Shown piece after piece: positions 36,172 through 46,124 of a DNA stretch of 56,590 bases. Each line of letters begins with the position of its first letter. Within the stretch, counting starts at the first letter, position 1. The notes beneath the pieces were generated by a model. It had not been told where the DNA came from and made no database searches. It saw nothing but the letters and a program-made list of their open reading frames with translations. The translations under genes were made by a program, and so were the position numbers. Source of the DNA: an uncultured Spirochaetota bacterium (GTDB lineage: Bacteria > Spirochaetota > UBA4802 > UBA5368); the NCBI GenBank assembly GCA_937864375.1, contig CALMJO010000262.1:1-56590 (forward strand), given 5' to 3'.

Positions 36172-37680
36172 GTGAAAAGAGTAATCGTAGCGCTTTGTAC
36201 CCTGTATTTGACGCTCTCATGCCTGCCGCTTCTGGCTGCACCTGGCGGAGCTACGGTTTTGGACACCCACGCTTCAGGAGAGGCTTCGCTCTCGGTCAGG
36301 GGAGCGGGAGCGGACAGGGCGCCAGGCGAAGACCTGGGCTCCAAGCTCCCCCTCTGGTCGGTGATTCCCTTCGCGGGGATTCTCCTGAGCATTGCGCTCT
36401 TCCCCCTGTTCGCGCCCCATTTCTGGGAGCATCATTTTGGCAAGGTGTCGGTCTTCTGGGCGATTATATTCGCGGCTCCTTTCCTGTTCTTCTACCGGCT
36501 CCCGGCGCTGGAAAAGATCATCCATATTTACGTGATCGACTACATCCCGTTTCTCATACTATTATGGTCCCTGTTCACCATCGCGGGCGGGATCCACATC
36601 AGGGGATCCTTGAAAGGAAGCCCTGCGGTCAACAGCCTCACCCTGCTCATCGGGACGCTTCTCGCTTCCTGGATCGGCACCACGGGCGCCTCCATGCTGC
36701 TCATCCGCCCCGTATTGCGCTCAAACGCATGGCGGAAGCACAGGGCCCACACCATCGTGTTTTTCATCTTCCTCGTCAGCAACATAGGGGGCTCGCTCAC
36801 GCCTCTCGGAGACCCGCCGCTTTTCCTTGGCTTCCTTCACGGGGTTCCCTTTTTCTGGACCTTCAAATTGCTGCCCCACATGGCAGTCGCGTCGGCAATA
36901 GTGCTCGCGGTCTATTTCGCGCTCGACACCTATTTCTACCGCAAGGAAAACAAATCCTCGATTGGTCAGGGTGAAAAGGATCCACTTGGAATCGAAGGAC
37001 TGCATAATTTCATATTCCTGGGCGGCGTCGTGGGGGCGGTTCTCTTCAGCGGCCTGTACCAGGAACAGATGGGGAGCGTGTCGATCATTTTCCACGAGGT
37101 GAGCCAGAACTGGGCCAACCTGATCAAGGACGCGGCGCTCGTGCTGCTGGGGATATTTTCTTTGCTCTCCACAACCAGGGAGATTAGGCAGTCCAATGAA
37201 TTCTCATGGGGCCCCATAAAGGAGGTAGCCTTCCTTTTCGCGGGCATTTTCATGACCATCATTCCTGCCATCGCCATTCTCCTCGCCGGCGAACACGGCG
37301 CGCTGGCCTTCCTCATCAAATCGGTCGACAATCCGTCCCACTACTTCTGGGCCGCCGGCGGCCTTTCGAGCTTCCTGGACAACGCGCCCACCTACCTGAC
37401 CTTTTACAATACGGCGCTCGGCAAGTTCTATGCCGGGATGCCTGAACCGCAGGCGGTCAAGCTCCTCATCTCCGAAAAGGTGGACTACCTTGCGGCGATC
37501 TCGGCCGGTGCGGTGTTCATGGGTGCAAACACCTATATTGGCAATGCGCCCAACTTCATGGTAAAGTCGATCGCGGAGGGCTCGGGGGTCAGCATGCCGA
37601 GCTTTTTCGGCTACATGTTCAAGTATTCAATTCCGATCCTCGTGGTGACCTTCATCATCATCACGTTTATCTTCTTTTAA
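36172..37680 (+). CDS. NhaD/ArsB-type ion transporter (annotated-style: sodium:proton antiporter)
   Basis: 502-aa polytopic membrane protein with a signal-like N-terminus and a GTG start. Motifs LFPLFAPHFWEHHFGKV, GDPPLFLGF and SSFLDNAPTYL. Confidence 0.65.
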   Translation: MKRVIVALCTLYLTLSCLPLLAAPGGATVLDTHASGEASLSVRGAGADRAPGEDLGSKLPLWSVIPFAGILLSIALFPLFAPHFWEHHFGKVSVFWAIIFAAPFLFFYRLPALEKIIHIYVIDYIPFLILLWSLFTIAGGIHIRGSLKGSPAVNSLTLLIGTLLASWIGTTGASMLLIRPVLRSNAWRKHRAHTIVFFIFLVSNIGGSLTPLGDPPLFLGFLHGVPFFWTFKLLPHMAVASAIVLAVYFALDTYFYRKENKSSIGQGEKDPLGIEGLHNFIFLGGVVGAVLFSGLYQEQMGSVSIIFHEVSQNWANLIKDAALVLLGIFSLLSTTREIRQSNEFSWGPIKEVAFLFAGIFMTIIPAIAILLAGEHGALAFLIKSVDNPSHYFWAAGGLSSFLDNAPTYLTFYNTALGKFYAGMPEPQAVKLLISEKVDYLAAISAGAVFMGANTYIGNAPNFMVKSIAEGSGVSMPSFFGYMFKYSIPILVVTFIIITFIFF

Positions 37681-38260
37681 AAGGACCTTTACCGGAAGGC
37701 GTGCACCGGGCCGGCTGCCTCCGGGTTGAGCCATTGGTATTTTTTTCAGCAATCGGCCCCCCATCCTGAATCAGCGTTCAGCTGATACTGCAATAATTAC
37801 CCCTCTTATAGAAAAAAACTTGCAAAAAAGGTGTCTCTTAAATGTAGTGGGCAAAACAAGGCACTTTGAACAGCCTTATGCATATAGAAAAACAAGCATT
37901 AACAATAGGAATACCCGCTCCTGCTCCCTGCGGGTGGTCGTGCAATGCCTCGAACGACCGTCCTGAAAGGTCATATAATAACAAACTACCGCGTACCTTA
38001 AAAACGACCGGCCATACCGCCGGAACCGATACTCATCTGCGTGCAATCCAGAATACTTCACCCGGGAGGGGTTATGCATGCGCTGGCTCGCTCTCCTGAA
38101 TAACGCCAGGGCCTCCCAACGCAAGGCCTTGCGTCATTTCGCACAGGGGGAGAGAATCGAGCATTCTGAACAACAACTTCGCAAAAAGCATGGGCTCAGA
38201 TCCTATACGCGCCGAAGCACTGGCTTTTTTTATTATTAAAGTTTAGAGGTAAAGGTTACT

Positions 38261-40696
38261 ATGAAGAGTTTAAAACGGATCGTGTTGACGTTAGGCATGG
38301 TCCTGCTTCCCGCTGCCGCCGTTCTGGCCAGCGAGGCGGACCTTGCCATACCCGACTTGCATAAGGGCGCGCCCTATAACTTGTTGGGAGGCATCAAACC
38401 CTGGGACCTGCTTTTCTGGGGCGCCATGGTCATTGCCGGTACCCTCGGCATCAGCTTGTTCTTACGGCATCAGATTTACAGGATAAAGGCACATGAATCC
38501 ACCCTGAAGGTCGCGGAGATCATTTTCCAGACCTGCAAGACGTACCTCGTCCAGCAGGGAAAATTCCTCCTCATGCTGTTCGCCTTTATCGCCGCCGCGA
38601 TGGCATTCTATTTCGTCGTGCTGAAGGGAGAGAGCGTCCCCACCCTGCTCCTGGTCCTTCTGTTCTCGGTCGTAGGTATGGGCGGTTCGTACGCGGTTGC
38701 GTGGTACGGCATCCGCATCAACACCTATGCAAACGCCCGCACGGCCTTCGCCTCCCTTGCAGGCAAGCCCTGGGACGTGGTGAACATTCCTCTTCGCGCC
38801 GGTATGAGCGTGGGACTGTTCCTCATCTCCCTTGAGCTGATCATGATGGTCATCATCCTCCTGTTCGTTCCCCGCACGGTTGTGGGCTACTGCTTCCTGG
38901 GCTTCGCCATTGGCGAATCTCTGGGCGCGTCCGCCCTTCGTATCGCCGGCGGTATCTTCACCAAGATCGCCGACATCGGTTCCGACCTCATGAAGATCGT
39001 CTTCAAGGTCAAGGAAGACGATCCGCGCAATCCGGGCGTTATCGCCGACTGTACCGGTGACAACGCCGGCGACAGCGTGGGACCCACGGCCGACGGTTTT
39101 GAGACTTACGGCGTGACCGGCGTTGCCCTCATCTCCTTCATCACCCTCGCCGTCGTCGGCGAAGTCGAGGCGAAGGAAGCCATCCAGGGCAAGCTGATCG
39201 TGTGGATCTTCGCCATGCGCTTCCTCATGGACTTCTGTTCCGGTCTGGCATATTTCATCAACCAGGGAATATCCTCCGCGAAGTACAAGGGGAAAAAGGA
39301 ATTCGATTTCGAAGAGCCCCTCATGCGGCTCATCTGGATCGCCGCCATCCTCTGTATCAGCATATCGTTCATTGGCAGCTACCTGCTGATCAGCGACCTC
39401 ACCATCAAGGGCATCGAAACCTCCAACGTATGGTGGCAGCTTGCCCTGATCATCAGCTGCGGAACGCTCGCGGCGGTGCTCATCCCCGAGTTCACGAAGG
39501 TGTTCACCAGCGCGAAATCCAAGCACGTGAATGAAATCGTGACCGCTTCCCGTGAAGGCGGCGCATCGCTCACCATCCTTTCCGGTATCGTCGCCGGTAA
39601 CTTCAGCGCCTTCTACAAGGGCATTCTGATCGCGGGCCTCATGGCCGGCGCCTATGTAGTGAGCCTTTTCATTCCCTGGGAAGTCATCAACTACCCGTCC
39701 ATCTTTGCCTTCGGTCTCGTGGCGTACGGCTTCCTCTGCATGGGTCCGGTCAACATCGCCGTCGACAGCTACGGCCCCGTGACCGACAACGCGCAGTCGA
39801 TCTTCGAGCTTTCGCAGATCGAGGCGATCCCCGGCATCAAGGACGACATCAAGAAAAACTTCGGTTTCGAGCCCGATTTCGAGCTTGGCAAGTTCTACCT
39901 CGAGTCCAATGACGGCGCAGGCAACACGTTCAAAGCCACCGCGAAGCCGGTTCTTATTGGAACGGCCGTCGTGGGAGCAACGACGATGATTTTCTCGATC
40001 ATCCTGCTCCTCAAGAGCAAGGGCATGCTCCAGGTCAGCCTCACCGACGCCCCCGTTATCCTTGGCCTCATCTGCGGCGGCGCGGTCATCTACTGGTTCT
40101 GCGGCGCGTCCATGCAGGCGGTCACCACCGGCGCCTACAGCGCGGTCGAGTTCATCAAGAAGAACCTCAAGCTCGACAAGACTGAAGCCGACATCGAGGA
40201 TTCCAAGACCGTGGTGAAGATCTGCACCCAGTACGCCCAGAAGGGTATGTGGAACATCTTCATAGCCCTCATGGCTTTCACCCTCTGCTTCGCGCTTGTA
40301 GACCCCAACTTCTTCGTCGCCTATCTCATCTCCATAGCATGTTTCGGCCTCTTCCAGGCCATTTACATGGCGAACGCCGGCGGCTCTTGGGACAATGCGA
40401 AGAAGGTCGTTGAAGTCGACCTCAAGGCCAAGAACACGGACCTCCACGCCGCCGCCGTCATAGGCGACACCGTGGGCGACCCGTTCAAGGACACCTCGTC
40501 GGTCAGCCTCAACCCGATCATCAAGTTCTCGACCCTTTTTGGCCTGCTCGCCACTGAGATCGCGATCGAGATGGCGGTGCATTCCAAGGAAACCGGATCC
40601 ACGAACTACGGTCCCTATATTGCGATACCCATGTTCATCATCGCCGTCATATTCGTATGGCGCTCCTTCTACGCGATGAGGATCCCGGAGAAATAG
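38261..40696 (+). CDS. hppA: Membrane-integral pyrophosphate-energised cation pump (H+/Na+-PPase), with the K+-independent-type signature
   Basis: 811 aa. Motifs GGIFTKIADIGSDL, DPRNPGVIADCTGDNAGDSVGP, GNTFKATAKP (Lys at the A/K determinant) and DTVGDPFKDT. Confidence 0.9.
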   Translation: MKSLKRIVLTLGMVLLPAAAVLASEADLAIPDLHKGAPYNLLGGIKPWDLLFWGAMVIAGTLGISLFLRHQIYRIKAHESTLKVAEIIFQTCKTYLVQQGKFLLMLFAFIAAAMAFYFVVLKGESVPTLLLVLLFSVVGMGGSYAVAWYGIRINTYANARTAFASLAGKPWDVVNIPLRAGMSVGLFLISLELIMMVIILLFVPRTVVGYCFLGFAIGESLGASALRIAGGIFTKIADIGSDLMKIVFKVKEDDPRNPGVIADCTGDNAGDSVGPTADGFETYGVTGVALISFITLAVVGEVEAKEAIQGKLIVWIFAMRFLMDFCSGLAYFINQGISSAKYKGKKEFDFEEPLMRLIWIAAILCISISFIGSYLLISDLTIKGIETSNVWWQLALIISCGTLAAVLIPEFTKVFTSAKSKHVNEIVTASREGGASLTILSGIVAGNFSAFYKGILIAGLMAGAYVVSLFIPWEVINYPSIFAFGLVAYGFLCMGPVNIAVDSYGPVTDNAQSIFELSQIEAIPGIKDDIKKNFGFEPDFELGKFYLESNDGAGNTFKATAKPVLIGTAVVGATTMIFSIILLLKSKGMLQVSLTDAPVILGLICGGAVIYWFCGASMQAVTTGAYSAVEFIKKNLKLDKTEADIEDSKTVVKICTQYAQKGMWNIFIALMAFTLCFALVDPNFFVAYLISIACFGLFQAIYMANAGGSWDNAKKVVEVDLKAKNTDLHAAAVIGDTVGDPFKDTSSVSLNPIIKFSTLFGLLATEIAIEMAVHSKETGSTNYGPYIAIPMFIIAVIFVWRSFYAMRIPEK

Positions 40697-40778
40697 GATT
40701 TGAAAGATACAATGACGGTTTACGATACCGATCAAATAGGACCCGCATACAGGTAAACCGGCACTTTCATAATTCTCG

Positions 40779-40817
40779 CAAAGCCCGCTTCACGATCAGT
40801 GAAGCGGGCTTTTTTAT
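40779..40817 (+). terminator. Rho-independent terminator after hppA
   Basis: AAGCCCGCTTCAC-gatca-GTGAAGCGGGCTT followed by TTTTT. The stem is a perfect 13 bp. Confidence 0.8.
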
Positions 40818-40850
40818 TCGTTGCCCGACATAATCCACATTTATAAATGG

Positions 40851-40880
40851 TTGACGACAGATATCCGGCGTTTTTATAGT
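40851..40880 (+). promoter_or_regulatory. Candidate sigma-70 promoter for the KimA-like gene
   Basis: TTGACG (40851-40856), an 18-nt spacer, then TATAGT (40875-40880). The leader is about 115 nt. Confidence 0.3.
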
Positions 40881-40996
40881 TCCAAAATTGTGCCGCCGGT
40901 ACCCGGGTTCATGATTTCCGGGCGCAGGGAAGGGTTTGCATGCGGGCGATATAACGAGGTCCTTCTCCTGCGGCATATTATCGCATGAGGGTTACC

Positions 40997-42976
40997 ATGA
41001 ACATTTCCGACCTGTTCTCGCGGGCCAAAAAGTTCCTGATGGGCGGATCCCGCAACGTGTCCGATCCATCCATCTTTCACAAGCTCTCCCTGGTCGCCTT
41101 CTTCGCATGGGTAGGACTGGGCGCCGACGGGCTTTCCTCTTCCTGTTACGGTCCGGAGGAAGCCTTTCTCGCGCTGGGAACACATACACATCTCGCTATT
41201 TTCGTCGCCCTTGGAACCGTGATCACCATTTTCGTGATATCCGCGAGTTATCACCAGATCATAGAGCTTTTTCCAACCGGCGGCGGCGGATACCTTGTCG
41301 CCAGCAAACTCATCTCCCCCACCGTGGGGATGGTCTCCGGCAGCGCGCTCCTGATCGACTACCTCCTCACGATTACCCTGTCGGTGGCCAGCGGGGCGGA
41401 TGCCCTGTTCAGCTTTCTTCCTCCCGAGTGGCAGAGCTATAAGATCATCGTAGCCGTATCCGGCGTCATAGTACTGATCTGGCTCAATCTTCGTGGAGTC
41501 AAGGAATCCGTAGCACCGCTCGTGCCCATTTTTATCATTTTCCTGGTCACCCACTCCTTCGCGATCATCTATTCCATCGTCTCCCAGGCGGGGTCGCTTC
41601 CGGAGCTTGCACGAGCGACCGTATTGGACATACAATCCTCCAATTCCGAGCTGGGAACCGTCGGCATGATATTCCTCATTCTCCGCGCCTACAGCATGGG
41701 CGCAGGAACCTATACCGGGATCGAGGCGGTCTCCAACGGCATCCCCATCCTCCGCGAGCCCAAGGTAAAAACAGCGACGCATACCATGCACTACATGGCG
41801 ATTTCCCTCGCGGTTACCGTTGCGGGGCTCATGATCGCATACCTGCTCTTTGGCGTGGGTCACGTCCCGGGCAAGACCCTGAACGCGGTGCTCTTCGAGA
41901 ACATGACACGCGACTGGCCGTCAACGCTCGCGTACACCTTCATTCTCGTGACGCTTCTTTCCGAGGCGACCCTGCTCTTCGTGGCCGCGCAGACAGGTTT
42001 CCTTGACGGACCGCGCGTGCTGTCCAACATGGCGCTCGACCGCTGGGCGCCTACCCGATTCGCGTCGCTCAATGACAGGCTCGTCACCCAGAACGGCATC
42101 CTCATCATGGGCATTGCCGCGATCGCCCTCATGCTCTATTCCGGCGGGTCGGTCAAGCTTCTGGTGATCTTTTACAGCATAAATGTGTTCATCACCTTTT
42201 CCCTTTCGCAGCTGGGCATGGTAAGGCACTGGTGGCAGGTGAGGGCAAAGGAAGCCTCCTGGAAGAAAAAGCTTTCCATTAATGGATTTGGACTGATTCT
42301 CACCGGCTTCATACTCGTATCCGTGGTTATTATGAAATTCCATGAGGGCGGATGGCTCACCATTTTCTTCACCGGCAGCGTTGTCGCCACGGCGATATTC
42401 ATCAAAAAGCACTACAACCGTACGTTTAAACTCCTTGGCAGGCTCAACGGCCTCGTCGAAGTCGCCGAGGTCGACGAATCCCATTACGAGGCTCACGCGG
42501 CGGAACCCGAATGCAACCGGAAAGAGAAGACGGCGGTACTGTTCGTGAACGGTTTCTCGGGAACAGGGCTTCATACGCTCTTTACGATCATCCGCCTGTT
42601 CGGAAAAATGTATAAAAATTTCGTATTCGTCCAGATCGGCGTGATCGACTCGGGGGTGTTCAAGGGCGCGGAGGAGATCGAGCAGCTCAAGGGCCATATC
42701 CAGGAACAGGGAGAACGCTACGTCAGGTACATGAAAAAGCACGGTTATTATGCCGAAGCGGTCACCTCGATAGCCGTAGACGTGGTCGAGGAGGCTTGCG
42801 GCATGGCCCCGCAAATCATGGAAAAGTTTCCCCAGGCGATCTTCTTTGCCGGACAGCTCGTATTCCCGGAAGATTCGTTCTTCACGCGCTGGCTGCATAA
42901 CTACTCCGCATTCGCGATCCAGCGGAGATTTTATCACCTGGGGATGCCCATCGTGATCCTGCCCATTCGCGTCTAG
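40997..42976 (+). CDS. kimA: KimA-like K+/H+ symporter (APC superfamily permease with a C-terminal cytoplasmic domain)
   Basis: Resembles B. subtilis KimA (recalled from memory) along its whole length: FLMG...LSSSCYGPEEA, SYHQIIELFPTGGGGYLVASK, LLIDYLLTITLSVASGADA, GIEAVSNGIP, and a C-terminal LHNYSAFAIQRRF...LPIRV. The ATG at 40997 has a GAGGG SD. Confidence 0.65.
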   Translation: MNISDLFSRAKKFLMGGSRNVSDPSIFHKLSLVAFFAWVGLGADGLSSSCYGPEEAFLALGTHTHLAIFVALGTVITIFVISASYHQIIELFPTGGGGYLVASKLISPTVGMVSGSALLIDYLLTITLSVASGADALFSFLPPEWQSYKIIVAVSGVIVLIWLNLRGVKESVAPLVPIFIIFLVTHSFAIIYSIVSQAGSLPELARATVLDIQSSNSELGTVGMIFLILRAYSMGAGTYTGIEAVSNGIPILREPKVKTATHTMHYMAISLAVTVAGLMIAYLLFGVGHVPGKTLNAVLFENMTRDWPSTLAYTFILVTLLSEATLLFVAAQTGFLDGPRVLSNMALDRWAPTRFASLNDRLVTQNGILIMGIAAIALMLYSGGSVKLLVIFYSINVFITFSLSQLGMVRHWWQVRAKEASWKKKLSINGFGLILTGFILVSVVIMKFHEGGWLTIFFTGSVVATAIFIKKHYNRTFKLLGRLNGLVEVAEVDESHYEAHAAEPECNRKEKTAVLFVNGFSGTGLHTLFTIIRLFGKMYKNFVFVQIGVIDSGVFKGAEEIEQLKGHIQEQGERYVRYMKKHGYYAEAVTSIAVDVVEEACGMAPQIMEKFPQAIFFAGQLVFPEDSFFTRWLHNYSAFAIQRRFYHLGMPIVILPIRV

Positions 42977-43048
42977 CGCTGCCTCCGCCAATTACTGCTT
43001 GACACGCATGCATCCCGCTTAGGATTATCATGCCACAGCGGGGTGAGT

Positions 43049-44407
43049 ATGAACGAATTTCACGAGATCATCAAGGCGATCAACGGCTACCTCTGGGGGC
43101 CGCCCATGCTGGTGCTGCTCTTTGGCACCCATATTTTCTTCACGTTCAGGCTGCGTTTCATTCAACGCTACACCTGGCGCGCCATCAAGCTCTCGGTCGC
43201 GAAGGACGGCGACGGGGAAGGAGACGTAAGCCACTTCGGCGCGCTCACTACCGCGCTCGCCGCGACGATCGGGACGGGCAATATCGTGGGCGTGGCGACC
43301 GCGGTCGCGCTCGGCGGGCCCGGCGCGGTCCTCTGGTGCTGGCTCACCGGCGTATTCGGCTTCGCCACCAAGTACGCGGAAGCCGTCCTTTCCGTCAAGT
43401 ACAGGGTGAAGACCTCGGACGGAAGCATGCTCGGCGGTCCCATGTACGCGCTCGAGCGCGGGCTCAAGAGCAAATCGCTCGCGGTGCTCTTCTGCGTCTT
43501 CACGGCGATTGCCGCCTTCGGCATCGGGAACATGGTGCAGGCGAACTCCATTTCCAAGATGGCGCTTGAAACCCTGAGCGTCCCTCTCTGGGCCACCGGC
43601 CTTTTCACCTCCGCCATCACGGCAATAGTCATCCTGGGCGGCGTCAAATCGATCGCCCGCGTGTGCGAAATCCTCGTCCCCTTCATGGCCATCTTCTACG
43701 TGATGGGATGCTTCGTAATACTCGTCATCAACAGGGAAGCGCTCATTCCCACTTTCGTACTGATCGGCAAATCCGCCTTCAGTCCGCAGGCTGCGGGGGG
43801 CGGCTTCGTGGGCGCCTCGATCATGATGGCGGCCCGCTACGGCATCGCGCGCGGTCTTTTCTCCAATGAATCGGGTCTGGGCTCGGCGCCCATCGTCGCC
43901 GCGGCCGCGAAAACGAGGAACCCCGTGAAGCAGGCGCTCGTTTCAGCGACCGGCACCTTCTGGGACACCGTCGTGGTCTGCGCGATGACCGGCCTGGTCG
44001 TGGTAAGCACGATTTACCTTTACCCGGACGACTTCGGTTCCATCGAAGGGACGCTCATGACCAAGCGCGCCTTCGGCGAAATTCCCGTGATAGGGCCCAT
44101 CGTCCTCACCGTGGGGCTGTTCACGTTCGTCTATTCGACGATCTTGGGCTGGTCCTACTATGGCGAGCGCGCGGTGGAATACCTTTTCGGTAAAATGTCA
44201 ATAAAGCCTTACCGCGTGCTGTGGGTCCTGGGCGTCTACGTGGGCTCCGTGGTGCTGCCGCAGATGGTGTGGGACCTCGCCGACATGATGAACATGCTCA
44301 TGGCGATACCCAACCTCACCGCGCTCATCCTCCTGAGCAACGTCATCGTCCGTGAAACCGACACATACCTGTGGAGCGGCAGCCTCGATACCACTTCAAA
44401 GGATTGA
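43049..44407 (+). CDS. alsT: Alanine/glycine:cation symporter (AGCS family)
   Basis: Motifs GDVSHFGALTTALAATIGTGNIVGVATAV, GGPGAVLWCW and NESGLGSAPI. Confidence 0.85.
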   Translation: MNEFHEIIKAINGYLWGPPMLVLLFGTHIFFTFRLRFIQRYTWRAIKLSVAKDGDGEGDVSHFGALTTALAATIGTGNIVGVATAVALGGPGAVLWCWLTGVFGFATKYAEAVLSVKYRVKTSDGSMLGGPMYALERGLKSKSLAVLFCVFTAIAAFGIGNMVQANSISKMALETLSVPLWATGLFTSAITAIVILGGVKSIARVCEILVPFMAIFYVMGCFVILVINREALIPTFVLIGKSAFSPQAAGGGFVGASIMMAARYGIARGLFSNESGLGSAPIVAAAAKTRNPVKQALVSATGTFWDTVVVCAMTGLVVVSTIYLYPDDFGSIEGTLMTKRAFGEIPVIGPIVLTVGLFTFVYSTILGWSYYGERAVEYLFGKMSIKPYRVLWVLGVYVGSVVLPQMVWDLADMMNMLMAIPNLTALILLSNVIVRETDTYLWSGSLDTTSKD

Positions 44408-44427
44408 TTTCGCCCGGGAACGCACCC

Positions 44428-45933
44428 ATGAAAAAGAGATTCAGAGAGCACCTCGCCAGGAAACCGATCGAAGACCTGATCAGCGACTCGCACCTTGACC
44501 AGTCTCACAGCCTCAGGAGGGTGCTGGGTCCAATCCACCTGGTGATGCTGGGCATCGGCGTCATCGTGGGTGCGGGAATTTTCGTGGTGACGGGCCAGGC
44601 CGCTGCGCAGTACTCCGGACCCGCGATCATCCTTTCATTCGTCATTTCGGCGCTCGCGTGCGCCTTTGCGGGTCTGTGCTACGCCGAATTCGCGTCCATG
44701 ATCCCTGTCGCGGGAAGCGCCTACACCTACGCATACGCGACGCTCGGCAAGCTCTTCGCCTGGATTATCGGGTGGGACCTCATCCTCGAGTATCTCTTCG
44801 GCGCGGCCTCGGTCGCGGTGGGCTGGTCGGGCTACATCACGAGCTTTTTTGGCGACTTCGGCATGGGCATTCCGGAATACCTTTCGAGCGCCCCGCTGGT
44901 CCACGACCCTGTCCTCGGGTGGCAGACGACGGGCGCGATCATGAACCTTCCGGCAATGCTGATCGTGGGCGCCTGCACGCTCCTCCTGGTGATCGGCATC
45001 AGGGAATCGGCGCACTTCAACAACGCGATCGTGGTCATCAAGATCGCGGTGATCCTGCTTTTCATAGGGTTTGGAGTCGCCTTCATTAACCTTGACAACC
45101 TCGTCCCGTTCATCCCGGAAAACACCGGCGAATTCGGACACTACGGCTGGAGCGGTATTCTGCGGGGCGCCGGCGTCATCTTCTTCGCCTACATCGGCTT
45201 TGACACGATCTCGACGGCGGCGCAGGAGGTCAAAAACCCCCAGCGCGACATGCCCATAGGCATCCTGGGCTCGCTTGCTGTCGCAACGGTGCTCTATATC
45301 CTCGTCGCCTTCGTCCTTACCGGCATGGTCAACTACTCCAGGCTCGCGGTCCCCAATCCCATCGCCGTAGGCATAGACAGCGCGGGGCAGTCTCTCTTTT
45401 GGCTCAGGCCTTTCGTGAAGATAGGCGCGATCGCGGGTTTAAGCTCGGTGGTGCTCGTACTCCTCTACGGGCAGTCCCGGATATTTTTCACCATGTCCCG
45501 GGACAACCTGCTCCCAAGGCGGTTCGCGGTCGTCCATGAACGCTTTCGCACTCCCTATATCATTACCATCATCACCGGGCTGGCCGCGATGCTGTTCGCC
45601 GGCCTTTTCCCCATAGGCCTTCTCGCCGAAATGGTTTCCATTGGAACGCTCCTCGCCTTCGTAATCGTGTGCGTGAGCGTGCCCGTACTGAGGATCACGC
45701 ACCCGCGGATGAACCGTCCTTTCAGAACGCCCTTCGTCCCGCTCGTACCGGTCCTGGGAGCGCTTATCTCACTCGCGCAGATGATCGCCCTTCCCCTGGA
45801 CACCATGCTCAGGCTTGTGATCTGGATGGCAGTGGGGTTCGTGATCTATTTCATCTACGGAAAATCGCATGGGAAGAAACACCCCAGGCCCACCAGCGAC
45901 GAGCCGATCACCGGGATCCTTAAAAACGATTAA
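44428..45933 (+). CDS. APC-family amino acid permease (cationic amino acid transporter-like)
   Basis: LRRVLGPIHLVMLGIGVIVGAGIFVVTGQAA...AFAGLCYAEFASMIPVAGSAYTY. The ATG at 44428 is preferred. Confidence 0.85.
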   Translation: MKKRFREHLARKPIEDLISDSHLDQSHSLRRVLGPIHLVMLGIGVIVGAGIFVVTGQAAAQYSGPAIILSFVISALACAFAGLCYAEFASMIPVAGSAYTYAYATLGKLFAWIIGWDLILEYLFGAASVAVGWSGYITSFFGDFGMGIPEYLSSAPLVHDPVLGWQTTGAIMNLPAMLIVGACTLLLVIGIRESAHFNNAIVVIKIAVILLFIGFGVAFINLDNLVPFIPENTGEFGHYGWSGILRGAGVIFFAYIGFDTISTAAQEVKNPQRDMPIGILGSLAVATVLYILVAFVLTGMVNYSRLAVPNPIAVGIDSAGQSLFWLRPFVKIGAIAGLSSVVLVLLYGQSRIFFTMSRDNLLPRRFAVVHERFRTPYIITIITGLAAMLFAGLFPIGLLAEMVSIGTLLAFVIVCVSVPVLRITHPRMNRPFRTPFVPLVPVLGALISLAQMIALPLDTMLRLVIWMAVGFVIYFIYGKSHGKKHPRPTSDEPITGILKND

Positions 45934-46124
45934 GTGGTCCGATCGGCGTATCCGCCCAGCATGGCGTCATTGCCCGGACGGGCCTGGAGCCGCCTCCCCG
46001 CGGCGCCGGATTCCTGTATTCCCGTAAACCTTTTTTCGCATCGTCCGCCATTACTTCTTGCATTTCAGGCGATGCCGGTTTAATTTTTGGTGCTTTCCTA
46101 TAAAAGCACATCCCTGAGGTAATC

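Noticed and set aside
37866-38124. 77-aa (plus strand) and 82-aa (minus strand) ORFs in the hppA upstream region
   Set aside because: They overlap each other on opposite strands, lack ribosome-binding sites, and have random-looking sequences. The region is treated as non-coding leader.
38185-38232. T-run (GGCTTTTTTTATTATT) just before hppA that could be an attenuator or terminator
   Set aside because: I could not draw a convincing GC-rich stem immediately upstream of the T-run; the only pairing found is AAAAAGC with GCTTTTT.
38462-40735. 757-aa minus-strand ORF
   Set aside because: It lies exactly antisense to the strongly conserved membrane pyrophosphatase gene. Its composition is dominated by G/D/E/R/H, so it is a shadow ORF.
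40881-40996. Possible c-di-AMP (ydaO/kimA) riboswitch in the leader of the KimA-like gene
   Set aside because: The leader is only about 115 nt. I see just one short hairpin (CCCGG...CCGGG) and none of the pseudo-symmetric ydaO features. It is left as something to test with cmscan, not as a call.
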